Of a stretch of DNA of 64,000 nt, positions 1-12,054 are shown piece after piece (positions within the stretch are counted from its first letter, which is position 1; the number at the start of each line of letters is the position of its first letter). A program made the position numbers and the translations under genes. The DNA comes from Squalus acanthias (Eukaryota). The DNA lies in contig CM059432.1 in NCBI GenBank assembly GCA_030390025.1, positions 68,760,001-68,824,000 of the forward strand, written 5' to 3'. Under the pieces are notes generated by a model that did not search any database, was not told the DNA's origin, and was given only the letters and a program-made list of their open reading frames with translations.

Positions 1-240
1 AGTCTTGAGGTAACAAAGGCATGGATGAGTGTTTCAGTAGCAGATGAGCTGAGGCAGGGGCGGAGTCGGGCGATGTTACGGAGGTGCAAATAGGTGGTCT
101 TAGCTATGGCGTGGATATGTGGTCGGAAGCTCATTTCAGGGTCAAATATGACACCAAGGTTGCGTCTGGTTTAGCCTCAGACAGATGCTAGGGAGAGGGA
201 TGGAGTCGTCGGTTAGGGAATGGAGTTTGTGGTGGGAATA
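1..240 (-). mobile_element. L2 LINE fragment (ORF2 C-terminal part)
   Basis: Reverse complement closely matches the L2 copy at ~61680-61905 (...IHAFVTSRL). Confidence 0.8.
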
Positions 241-639
241 ATAAATTAAACATATTCTGGAATATGCTCAGGATTGAGCACATTCGGGGATCACTGTGGT
301 GAATGGACTGTAGTCTAATCCAAGCTTTTTGATGTTACTAAAATGGACCATGATGTCACAGTAGGGGGGTTTCCGTAAATGCCCCTGACTGGTATTTCTA
401 AAGCATAAAACATAGTACCACCGGTTGACTGGAAGACATTGATAAATATCCAGAGAAACATTTCAATTTACAACATTTAAAATTATGGGACAATTGTTTC
501 CCTCTTAATTCAAAGTTTTCAAAAATTAGGACTCACTATGCTTTACATTTTGGCAGTATCTTTTCTATAGTTACACTGTAATGGAAAACACCTAATTGAC
601 CATTATATATTTTACTGTGATATTCAATCACCAATATTA

Positions 640-807
<168 letters not shown>

Positions 808-1019
808 TTATTTTCCCTCAGTGCACAGAAAATGTGATTCAATCTGCTTAGGACATTTATACACCGGTCATTTTTATTTTGAAATTATAAATTCTGTACT
901 TACAAAACCATCGTCGGCATCCTTCCGCAAACCCCCCCCCACCCCCACCCCCCCCAAACCAAAAGAACCTACCCTTGACCTCCAGATCCTTCAAAACTAC
1001 TGCATTATTTATCCTCAAC

Positions 1020-2032
1020 CTGTCTTTAATCTTTGACACTTTAACCACACAATCCCCTGCCAATGCCTCTTCTCTACTGTCCAACTCTGTGGGACTGTCC
1101 TCACTTGGTCCCATTCTTGCCTGCCTGACCATAGCCACAGCATCTCCAGCAATGGCTTCTCTTCCCATCCCACAGTTACCGTGAGTCCCCCAAGGATCTA
1201 TCCTTGCCACCATCCTCCTCTTCATCTACATTCTGCCCCAGCGACATCATCCGCAGACGCATGTACACTGACGACAGCCAGCTCCACCTCTCCATCACCC
1301 CTCTCTCAATTCCTCCACTGCTTATGTTGTCAGACTGTTTGTCCAACATCCAGTCTTGGATGAGCTGCAATTTCCTCTATCTAAATATTGGGAAACCAAA
1401 GTCATTGTCTCAGGTCCCACCACAAACCCCGCACTTATGCCACCAATTCCATCCCCCTTCCCAGTCAAAGTCTCAAGTTAAACCAGACAGTTTGATCCGA
1501 GCTGAACTTACGACACCATAACCTCTCCATTACAAAACCACCTATTTCCACCTCTAACATTGCCCGCTTCCACCCTTGCCTAAGCCAATCGGCCACTGAA
1601 ACCCTCATAAATGCCGTAGTCACCTCCAGACTCAAATATTCCCATGCTCCTTTGGCCGGCCTCCCATAGATCCCCCTCCATGAACTTCAGCCCACCCCAA
1701 ACTCTACTGCCCCTCCCTATTTTTGTAATCTTCTCCAGCCCTGTCACCCGAACTATACACTCCTCCGACGCTGGTATTGTGTGCCCCGCCCCTACCATTG
1801 GCAGCTGTGTCTTCAGCTTCCTGGGCCCTATACTCTGGAATTCCTTCCCTAAACTACACTGTCTCGCCACCGCTCCTCCTTTAAGGCTCTCCTTAAACCC
1901 ACCTGTTTACCCAAGCTTTTGGTCACTCCTCCTAATATCTCCTTTTATGGCGCGGCATCCATTTTACTCCTCCGAAGCATTGAGAGAAGTTTTACAGCAT
2001 TAAAGGCACTATATAAATGCAAATTGTTGTAG
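1020..2032 (+). mobile_element. Decayed L2 LINE 3' part
   Basis: Remnants MYTDDSQL, LNIGK and LWNSFPK, plus a tail aaaggcactatataaatgcaaattgttgt. Confidence 0.75.
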
Positions 2033-2464
2033 TACTAGTGATTATTTTATAAGTTGATCTTTTTCCTACAATTTCTTTTGAATCTTGTACTCTAACTCTT
2101 TTGCACAACTCATCATGAAGCACCTTAACGAGCAATATTAATATAACAGTAAACTAGTGCTCACCTTTTCTTTTCTACATAACATGGTTTAATGATTACT
2201 CTTCCTTTCATGGGTAAATTTGTGTTGTGAAAGCCTGCTGCAAGCATACTAGATATCTTACAAAATGAGACATTGGTAAGGAGCTTAACCACTGCACCAC
2301 CCAAATCTCAGGAGACCAGACAGCAGGACCAAAACTAGACACTGCCTTGATCATAAAAATGGACTAAACTTAATGTAATATGCCTTTTACGTCATTTTTA
2401 TTTCCTCAAGGGCCATTTCACCTATGCTGGTGCGGTTAACTTCCTGCCCATATCTTTTATGCAC

Positions 2465-3407
2465 TCTTGGGCAGTGTCCTAGGCCCAACCATCTTCAGCT
2501 GCTTCATCAATGACCTTCCCTCCAACATAAGGTCAGAAATGGGGATGCTCGCTGATGACTGCAGTGTTCAGCGCCATTCACAACTCCTCAGATAATGAAG
2601 CAGTCCATGCCCGCATGCAGCAAGACCTGGGCGACGTTCAGGCTTGGGCTGATAAGTGGCAGGTAACATTCGCGCCACAGTGACCATCTCCAACAAGCGG
2701 AGTCTAACCACCGCCCCTTGACATTCAACGGCATTACTATTGCCGAATCCTGGGGGTCACCACTGACCAGAAACTTAACTGGACCAGCCACATAAATACT
2801 GTGGCAACAAGAGCAGGTCAGAGGCTAGGTATTCTGTGGCAAGTATCTCACCTCCTGACTCCCCAAAGCCTTTCCATCATCTACAAGGTGCAAGTAAGGA
2901 GTGTGATGGAATACTCTCCACTTGCCTGGATGAGTGCAGCTCCAACAACACTCAAGAAGCTCGACACCATCCAGGACAAAGCAGCCCGCTTGATTGGCAC
3001 CCCATCCATCACCTTAAACATTCACTCCCTCCACCACCGGCATACCATGGCTGCAGTGTGTACCATCTACAAGATGCACTGCAGCAACTCGCCAAGGCTT
3101 CTTCAGCAGCACCTCCCAAACCCGCGACATCTTCCAACTAGAAGGACAAGGGCAGCAGGCTCATGGGAACACCACCCCCTCCAAGTCACACACCATCCTG
3201 ACTTGGAAATATATCGCCGATCCTTCATCGTCGCTGGCTCAAAATCCTGGAACTCCCTCCCTAACAGCACTGTGGGAGTACCTTCACCACACGGACTGCA
3301 GCAGTTCAAGAAGGCGGCTCACCGCCACCTTCTCAAGGGCAATTAGGGATGGGCAATAAATGCTGGCCTTGCCAGCGACGCCCACATCCCATAAACAAAT
3401 AAAAAAA
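2465..3407 (+). mobile_element. 5'-truncated CR1-group LINE (RT end, 3' UTR, A-rich tail)
   Basis: GSVLGPTIFSCFINDL and ADD remnants, ORF 2801-3346 (YKVQVRSVMEYSPLAW...SWNSLP), and a tail shared with the SINE at 41369. Confidence 0.85.
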
Positions 3408-4297
3408 CTCTTGCTCAAAGGTGATGTGGATTGATATGACAGTGTTTAAATGGTGAGACCCTACTTTTACCATTTTAATGTTGACCTGGTCTTTCATGAT
3501 AGCAAAATATAATGTTATATGTTACCCTCCTGGTTGTGAATCCACTTCCATTTTTTTTTTAAATCATTTTGATTGAGAACATAATTTTCAAGAGAGACAC
3601 AAAGAAATTTATAGCTTTTAGTATATAGCTATTGTGCTAAGGATCAAAAGTATGATTTTGATGACAATATTCGCCAGGATACCAAGTCATAGCAAAGATC
3701 AGATTTCAACTGGCATCCAGTTTAGTTAGCCACGAGAGAAAATGAAGAATCAATGTTGATAATTATCCTCAGTTATACCAATGAATTCAAACATTAAAAA
3801 GCCCACCTTCCTCATGCCAGCCAACAAACGTTAATTGAACTCAGCATACCATGTGGTAAAATCAACAATCATATCACAATCTCACTTACATAATTCCCAG
3901 CTCAAATCAAATTGGTATTCTTGCCTGACTTTACTAAGGAGTTCAGGCAAACTGATGACTTAGACGTGAAGATGGTTTGCAAGTAAGGCTTTTTAGTCAT
4001 TAGACAAAGCAATCAGCAAATGTAAGAAAGGGTGAAAAGAAATGCATCAGACACAAGTGCTGCACAAATTGTGATTTTTAAAGCGCAAGAATTTCTGTCT
4101 AAAACTCTACAATGAGAGTTAGTGATGGTTTAACAGTTTCAGATTATTGTATCTCCATATAATTTAGGTGTGTTTGGACTGGCAAAATGAAAATTTTAAA
4201 CAGATAAGTTTGTAAGAACTTCTAGGATGATAAATGCCTGAACTACCAGGCAGGGTATCAGAAATGAAAACACTGGGGCTATTCAAAGTTAGATGCT

Positions 4298-4716
4298 AAA
4301 GAAAGAACTTGCATTGATACACCATCTTTCATGACCTCAGGACGTCCCAAAGCACTTTACAGCCAATTAAGTACTTTTTTTGAAGTGGAGTCACCACTGC
4401 AATGTCGTAAATGCCGCAGCCAATAGGATAATGACCAGATAATCTGTTTTAGCAATGTTGGTTGAGGGCTAAATGTTGGCCAGGACAATGGAGAGAGCTC
4501 CCCTGCTCTTCTTCAAAATAGTGCCATGGGATTTTTCCTGTCCACCCAAGGGACAGATGAAGCCTTGGTTTAATGTCTCATCCGATAGTGCAGCACTCCC
4601 TCAGTACTGCACTGGAGTGTCAGGCTAGATTTTGTGCTCAAGTCTCTGGAGTGGGACTTGAACTCACAGCTATCTGACTCAGAGGCGAGAGTGCTACCGC
4701 TGAGCAAATGTTGACA
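4298..4716 (-). mobile_element. tRNA-derived DeuSINE (SacSINE1-like)
   Basis: tRNA-like head (gtagcactctcgcctctgagtcaga), Deu-domain core (gatgagacattaaacc...atcccatggcacta) and an L2-like tail. Confidence 0.8.
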
Positions 4717-5099
4717 CATTGTACCATTAAAGAGCATCTTCACCTGGACAAGATTAGCCAAGCACTAAGACCTCCACTGCAAGTAGGTTCTTCGTAGAGG
4801 AATGAATTGAAGTGGGCCGAATGGTTTTTCTCATCCTCGTTGAAACCAAAGTAGTTCACAAAATAAGGTAGGCTATTCAAAACTTGATGTGAAAGCCTGC
4901 CTTAAAATTCAAGGCATCATAGATACTTATTATTTAGAAAATAGATCTGAATAGTATATTTTATTTAAAAAAATGGTTGCCAGTTGATTCCATGGTTGAC
5001 TTTTGACACTGACCCATGAAGTGACCAGACTGGGATGCTTTTACTTTTCCATGCAATTGTTAACCCACCAACTGGCGACATTAGAAGATACATTCTAGA

Positions 5100-6020
5100 A
5101 GAATTTGCATTTTTACAGTGCTTCTCCATTTATTTTTTTTGAAAAGACTCAGGGTACACTACAAAGTGGAGAAGGTGGCATATAAGTTGTATACGAAGCA
5201 GGGAGCAGAAGAATTTTAAAGGGGGGTGGGTGGGCAGAAGAAATCAAAGGCAAAGTTAAAAAGATAGGTTTTTAGACTTTTGAAGGCAGGGAGAGAGGGA
5301 GTAAAGGTGAAGTGGTTTTGAAACAGAGGGCAGAGCATAATGACAAAAAAAAAAATCAACCTCAGATGGTGGAGCAGAGGGGCGAGGGAAAGCAGTAACC
5401 AGGAGTCTAGGCTGGAGAAGAGGTAGGGAAAATAATAGCAGCATTTGAGTGGGATTCAATGAAGTTGATTCCTCGAGGCACAGGAGCTAGGCGAGAACGT
5501 AGATGATGGGTGGGAGGAACTTTGTGTGGGAACGGACGTGAGCTAGAGTTCTGGATTAACTGAAGCTGTGAAAGGTCAAGGCAGAGGCAGGAGCAGAAAG
5601 TTTAGAATCATAGAACAGTACAGCACAGGAGGCCATTTGGCCCATCAAGTCTGCGCCAGCTCTTTCGCAGAGCAATCCAGTTAGTCCCACTCCCCCGCTC
5701 TTTCCCCATATCCCTGCAATTTTTTCTCCTTCAAGTATTTATTCAATTCCCCAAAAGGTTGCACACCACTGGATTTAACCCGAGCACGCAGCCACAGAGA
5801 CTGATGGAGTTAGCACCAAAATAATCTAGGTGCTGACAGCAGCCACCAACCAAGATGGTTTTAGTTTTGCTATGCAGGATTTTATGTTTGACAGGCAATA
5901 ACAGTACAGCAATAATCCTGGAATCAATGTTGGTGGTGGAGAGGTGGAGTTTACGGTCATCAGTGTGCATGTGGAAGCTGACCCCATGCTTGTAAATGAT
6001 GTCAAAATGAAGAGGCAACC
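5100..6020 (-). mobile_element. Old L2 LINE interrupted by a CR1 3' tail (~5604-5750)
   Basis: GVSFHMHTDD remnant in ORF 5743-6018; the CR1 tail reads agaatcatagaa...ggccatttggccc. Confidence 0.6.
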
Positions 6021-6824
6021 AAGACAGGAGTGACCAGATACTTATAACTATCTTCTGAATTCTACACCCTGATATTAGGGTTGAGGCTTCAAGCTGAATG
6101 TCAAGATTAATACACTACTGAACACAGGCCAACTACAGAGAGGGTTGGAACCTAGCAGTTGAGAGGAAGCCCTTTTGGAATATTTCTTGAACTCAGAAAA
6201 AAGATTCCTTATTCACTGGTCTTCATTAGACTATCATCTTCAAAGACTCCGGAAACTGAACTTGAATTTAACGATTGTCTCCTTAAAATACAGCTAGATA
6301 ACTACAGCTGATAGCTCCCCGTGCTGTTAAGCACTTTACAAAAATACTGAGTACTGAAGTAGGACTAAAGTGCAATGCCTTGTCCTTACAATAACTCCTG
6401 ATCATTTTGGTGGCAACATCTTACTTTAACCATATTAATCTTCAGAGCTGCAATTTCATTATTTCACATCAGCACATTTGATCCCTGGGGATAAAAACTT
6501 ATTTCATCTAATAGTAGAATTCTTGTACAAGGTGAAATATTAAAGGTAGGCCAGTGGAGAGGGGTAAAAATTCCATGGGGATGCTGGAAAACGTACAATA
6601 AATGTAATGCATCTCAGAATATTGGTGATTAGGAGATGGTAGAGGAGCGATATAAATATTTAATGTTACCTATCAAACATTTTCTCAAGAAGTTAATGGA
6701 TGAGGCAAATGTTTCAAAGCAGTCTAGTTCTAGAAAGTCTACACATGGCTACAATTATTTACCAAAACAATCAATTCTTGGCTTAATTAGGCAAAGTTAG
6801 TTATGAGAAGTTTCTCTATCTTAC

Positions 6825-6895
6825 CACTTTCTGCTGCATTTTTGATGCCTCCCTCATCTTCAGGAGAATCCACAGAAAGTCCAACGATATCAAAC
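6825..6895 (-). CDS. LYPLA1: LYPLA1 coding exon 5 (WFDIVGLSVDSPEDEGGIKNAAES)
   Basis: 71-nt exon with cacag acceptor and gtaag donor; matches the APT1 WFDIxGLS..ED..GIK motif. Confidence 0.95.
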
Positions 6896-7147
6896 CTGTG
6901 GGGAAAAAAAAGTTTTACTGACAAATTAGAAAGAAAGAACTTGCTTTGGATTTTATTTGATTATCTCAGTTTGGGGAGGGCATGTTGCTCACGTCTTCTC
7001 GTGAATACTTCAAGGAAGTTATCATTCTGAATAGTTACTATTTTGTATTCATCCTCAGTTTGAAGCCCTTTACATCTTCTAGGTTTTTCACCTCTTTAAC
7101 TGCCTTCTTACTGTTGTAGTACTGTTTCTTTTTTGCTTTTGTATTTA

Positions 7148-7579
7148 AAGAAAGACTTGCACTTATATAACGCCTTTCACGACCTCAGGACATCCCAAAG
7201 TGCTTTATAGCCAATGAAGTACTTTTGAAGTGTAGTCACTGTTGTAATGTAGGAAACGTGGCAAATGTACACAGCAAGCTCCAACAAACAGCAATGCGAT
7301 AAGGACTGAGGGATAAATATTGACCAGGACACCGGGGATAACTCTCCTTCTCTTCTTCAAAATAGTGCCATGGGATCTTTTACGTCCACCCGAGAGCGCA
7401 GACGGGGCCTCGGTTTAACAACTCATTCAAAAGACGGCACCTCCGACAGTGCAGCACTCCCTCAACACCGCACTGGAATGTCAGCCTAGATTTTTGTGCA
7501 CAAGTCTCTGGAGTGGGACTTGAACCCACAACCTTGACTCAGAGGCGAGGGTGCTACCCAATGAGCCACGGCTGACACT
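7148..7579 (-). mobile_element. Near full-length DeuSINE
   Basis: Same head, core and tail as the copy at 4298-4716. Confidence 0.85.
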
Positions 7580-7970
7580 TTTTTTTCTTTTGTGTTTAGA
7601 CTTTGCTCTTATGCTCTTTTTCTAGGTGCCCCTTTTGAAATGTTTCTGCATTTTCTTATGTTAGCCCAATGAACCCTTTCTCCCTGCAGGACTTGTAGAG
7701 GTTAGTTTCCACTTTTTAATTTGTTAATCCATTTAGCATTAAGTTTGTTTAGCCTTGTTAGTTTTAGGAAAGTATTCCTTTTTAAGGTGTTCCACTTCTA
7801 CTGAACCTCATTTCTTTAAATTTAGCCCAACTCCTGATCTTAAATATTTCTGACTCCATCATGTTGAACGTGATCATTCTGTGGCTGCTATCCCTTGGGG
7901 TGCTATGCTTTCCAATATCAGGACCACTAACAAATCTCAGGTGAAGATGATCACTGCCTCGTACATTGTA

Positions 7971-8503
7971 CAGGAAACTCTTTATTAACCGGCACCGACA
8001 GGACCGGCGTGGTGCCGGTTAATCCAAAAGTCCGGATAACGGAGAGTTATATCTCCCAACGTAAGAGAGCCCCTGTTTATCCCTCCCTGTTAATCATCGA
8101 TCACAAAAAACTACTGCCAGAGTAGAACTGACGAATACCTCCGTGCTGCCAAAGACTGCAACCAGTTCCAGTTCCCACTTTCACAGCCACCTCATCCTCC
8201 CTCCGAACCGACGGAAATCACCCCTGCCACACTCCTCCTCACACACACTGACATGCGCCTGCATTCAGAGCTCCGTCTCCCCGGGGACCGCCAGCTGACC
8301 ATCTGTTGTGTCCGCTGCCTACCCGGGCTGCACATTCCCCTCCCAATCTACACGCTCCGATACAAGGCAAACGCCTCGGGGTTTTTTTTTTAAAGTTAAT
8401 TTTAAAGGAGAGATGAAGGAAAACCCCGGTTACCTACTCAAGAATTTTGCCGGTTAAGAGAGATTTCCGGATATTTGGGTGCCGGTTAATAAAGAGTTTA
8501 CTG
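7971..8503. mobile_element. Tc1/mariner (pogo/Tigger-type) MITE
   Basis: 26-bp TIRs CAG(G/T)AAACTCTTTATTAACCGGCACC (25/26), with TA on both flanks (7969-7970, 8504-8505). Confidence 0.9.
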
Positions 8504-9149
8504 TAGTCAGTAACGGGTATTTAGTGAATGCCTTGACAATGCCTGGATGTGCTGTTTTGACTGTGTTTATAGTGAGCATAAATGATGAGGTAAAATATTT
8601 CTAGAAAGAAATGTCCTTTATTACAACATTGACTACATTTCAAAAGTAGTTCATAGAATCATAGAATGATACAGCACAGAAGGCCATTTGGCCCATCGTG
8701 CCTGTGCCGGCTCTTTGGTAGAGCTATCAAATTAATCCCACTCCCCTGTTCTTTCCTCATAGCCCTGTAAATTATTTCCCCATTAGTTCAGAGTAAATTG
8801 TTATATTTAACTAGTGCAGATTAGTATTGCAATTTAGGCACACGTGTTACGGTATGAGCTGAGCGCATCTGTTTATGGTAATGGTTCCCCATCATGCAGC
8901 TTTTATATTTCAATCATGCAGAATAGATTTGTTCACCTATTAGCAGTATAGAGAGATTTATTACTGCTCATGGTTTTTAATCTGGAAGCTACTTCTGGCA
9001 ATAGTGCATTCAATACTACTGGGCACAATTATCTAAAAACACCCTGAACTAGGGAATATGAAAAATAAAGTCAGCTAAATTTTTCATCTTACAGCTGACC
9101 ATTATCCACCGACACCTGCTGAAAATTGCACATGTGCATGTCAAGTGAA

Positions 9150-9620
9150 GGACAACAACAACTTGCATTTATATAGCATCTTTAATGTAGTAAAATGTCC
9201 CAAGGCTCTCAATAACAAGGAGCGTTATCAAACAAAATTTGACACCGAGCCACATAAGGACATATCAGGACAGGAAGTAGGTTTTAAAGAGCGTCTTAAA
9301 GGAGGAGCAGGAGGTAGAGAGGCAGCAAGGCTTAGGGAGGGAATTCCAGAGCTTAAGACCTCGGCAGCTGAAGGCCAATGGTGGAGCGATTAAAATCGGG
9401 GATGAGCAAGAGGGTTGTGGGTCTAGAGGAGGTTACAGAGATTTTGCCGGGGGGGGGGGAGGCAATGGAGAGATTTGAAAACATGGATAAGATTTTTTTT
9501 TAAATCGAGGCGTTGCTGGACCAGCAGCCAATGTAGGTCAGCGGGCACAGGTGATGGGTGAATGGGACTTGGTGCAAGTTAGCATACGGTCAGCAGAGTA
9601 TTGGATGAGCTCAAGTAATG
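9150..9620 (-). mobile_element. L2 LINE 3' end
   Basis: (aac)n tail plus 3' UTR homologous to 62250-62475. Confidence 0.75.
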
Positions 9621-10076
9621 CTCGTGATGCCTCCCACTGTGGAATAGGCTGCTGATACACACCATTTGGACTTGCACATGAAGAACAGGCATTTGGCAAG
9701 GGATGGATGGCACCCATAGCGCCACTGGACAAAAGGGGAGAAAATCTCCTGTCCAATCAACAATGTTCAATATTCTCAAAAGAAAACAATCTTTTTGGCC
9801 AATATTTCCTCCCTCTCCTCTTCTGAAGGCATTGACTCTTGCTGAAATATGATTTCACAGTCATTAACCAGTACCTCACTCAAGTGGCCATTACTTAGCC
9901 CAGTAGCGCTAAGGGCAATTGCAGTATCCCTATTGCCACCCGAACACGAGAATAGTTAACTTAGTACAGCTTGCAAAACAAGTTGAGCTTGCAAACTGTT
10001 GGCCTGTATGATGCAGCTACATGCTGGCTTTCTCTAACTGAGCCACTGGGAGAAGAGAAAGCAGATCTTAAAAGAT

Positions 10077-10292
10077 GGGCCAAAAATTGCGGTCGGCAGC
10101 GTACCTACGGAGTAAGATTTCCGTATGTAATTGCTAGGCAGCTGGTGGGCAACTCTCTGCCAGCAATTAGGTTTTTGACAGACCGTAAGTTCGGGATTTA
10201 GCGCATGCGCTCCCGAATGTTCGGTGGATTTCAAAGGCGGTATGACGCTGCACTTAAGAGTACGCAGTCATACCCACCGCAAAATCTGGGCC
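10077..10292. mobile_element. PIF/Harbinger-like MITE
   Basis: Imperfect TIRs gggccaaaaattgcggt / ggcccagattttgcggt; flanks gat / aat; internal GCGCATGCGC. Confidence 0.65.
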
Positions 10293-10948
10293 AATGATTA
10301 TGAAATTACAGGTTGAAAGGTCAGTTATCCAGAGATGGTAATCCTATTTCTCAGTATCTCTAAATCCCTCAGGAACTTCCTATTATAATCACTTTCAAGT
10401 GTGTACCGAAGCATTTGTTCTAATGTTTCTCTGTTCTGCTCTTGTTGCCATGGCATTGATATGGCTGATCCAGTTAAGTTTTGATCTATGGTGACCGCCA
10501 GAATGTTAATGGTGGAGAATCAGTGATGGTGGTGCCACTGAAAAATCAGGAGAAGTGGTTGGGTCTTTTTTTGTTGGAGATGGTCATTGCATGACATTTA
10601 TGTGGTGCAAATGTTACCTGACACTTGACAGCCTAAGCCTGAATGTCATTCAGATGTAGATTGGCTTGGGTTGCTTCATAATTGGAGGAGTTGGGGATTG
10701 ATACTCTGTTTAGGGTTGAACAGGACACCAAAGCGGCAAAACTATTTGACAGACAGACAAAGGGATGGATGAATAGAGGGAGGGATGAACTGGTTTGCAA
10801 CATTACAGGAACCAAAAAATCTTATGAAGGAACCTCCATTATTTACATTACCAATGCACTCCTAAAGATTATTGCGTCCCCGTGGCATTTCATACTAACT
10901 AACCACCATAGTGGTTACAAATAACATTCAGCCTAATCAAACACTTAC

Positions 10949-10996
10949 CAAGATGACATACTCATTTTGAAGTTCATTGTGACAGGAGCAATAGGC
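10949..10996 (-). CDS. LYPLA1: LYPLA1 coding exon 4 (PIAPVTMNFKMSMSSW)
   Basis: 48-nt exon with tttttag acceptor and gtaagt donor; phases fit exons 3 and 5. Confidence 0.92.
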
Positions 10997-12054
10997 CTAA
11001 AAAACAAACATGGACCACGTGTATTAACATATAGTGTGGTTTAGAAATTAGTATGATTTAATCCTAGTGTCTATCTTAAAGCAAACAAAAATTAGAAATG
11101 CAAGTTCAGTCATTGACCAAACATTTCTGGAACAATCACAAAACATATGTAATAACAAAGCTTCACAATACATTTTAAACACACTCCAAATTCCTCAGTA
11201 AAGTCCAATTTTCAATTGGTATGTTACAATCCAAAAGTCTCACTTCCTCTTTGATAGCAGCAATGAAGATGACCTTTAAACAAGTTACAATGCAAATCCA
11301 AATCTAAATGTGACTCCTGCAGCAAGCCCCCACAAAACCTGAAGTAATTGTGATTGTTTGTTTAAACATCAACAGACCAGCTCCCCTACAGTGAATAGTG
11401 TTGTAGTATGTAATGCAGAATGTATAATTTAATAAAACTGGTAATAAGTATGATGGATTGACCACTTTGTTCAGTTACAAAGATTTCAATGAAGAGAAAA
11501 TGCATGGTTAAGGAGACTGATTTGGTAGAAGTCCTGATGGACATTAGTTGGAACTTGGGAGGCTGGTGAAGAAGCTTATGGGGAGAACTGAGCCTGAAAA
11601 TTATAGAGGAAAAGGTGGAGGTAGTTGATGCTGCAAATGAAGAAGTGGTCTTGGTGATGGACTGGGTATGGGATTGAACAGGGTACCAAGGCTGCCCACT
11701 GTCAGTTCAGCCTGAGTGAGTGAGCAGCAGGGGAAGAAAATGGAGTCAGTGTAAATCTAATAGACAGATGGAGGGTTGGATGAACTGGTCTGCAACAAGA
11801 CAGGAAGCAGAAAATCTTAATGAACCTCCACTATTTACATCACTATTGTGATTTACCTTCAATTAAAGTAACTTTTGGGTTATGGTAGATTTCTGGTGTC
11901 AGTTAGCAGTGAGAAATGAAGACTTGGGCCTGACAGCACTGGGTGTTGGTAGGGGTTTCTTAAGGTCCGGCAGCTCTGGTTTGTAACTTTTTAAGCGATC
12001 TCTGTAAACATTAAATTTAGTGTTTTATGAATGGTTCCCAAAAGTGTATCTCGA

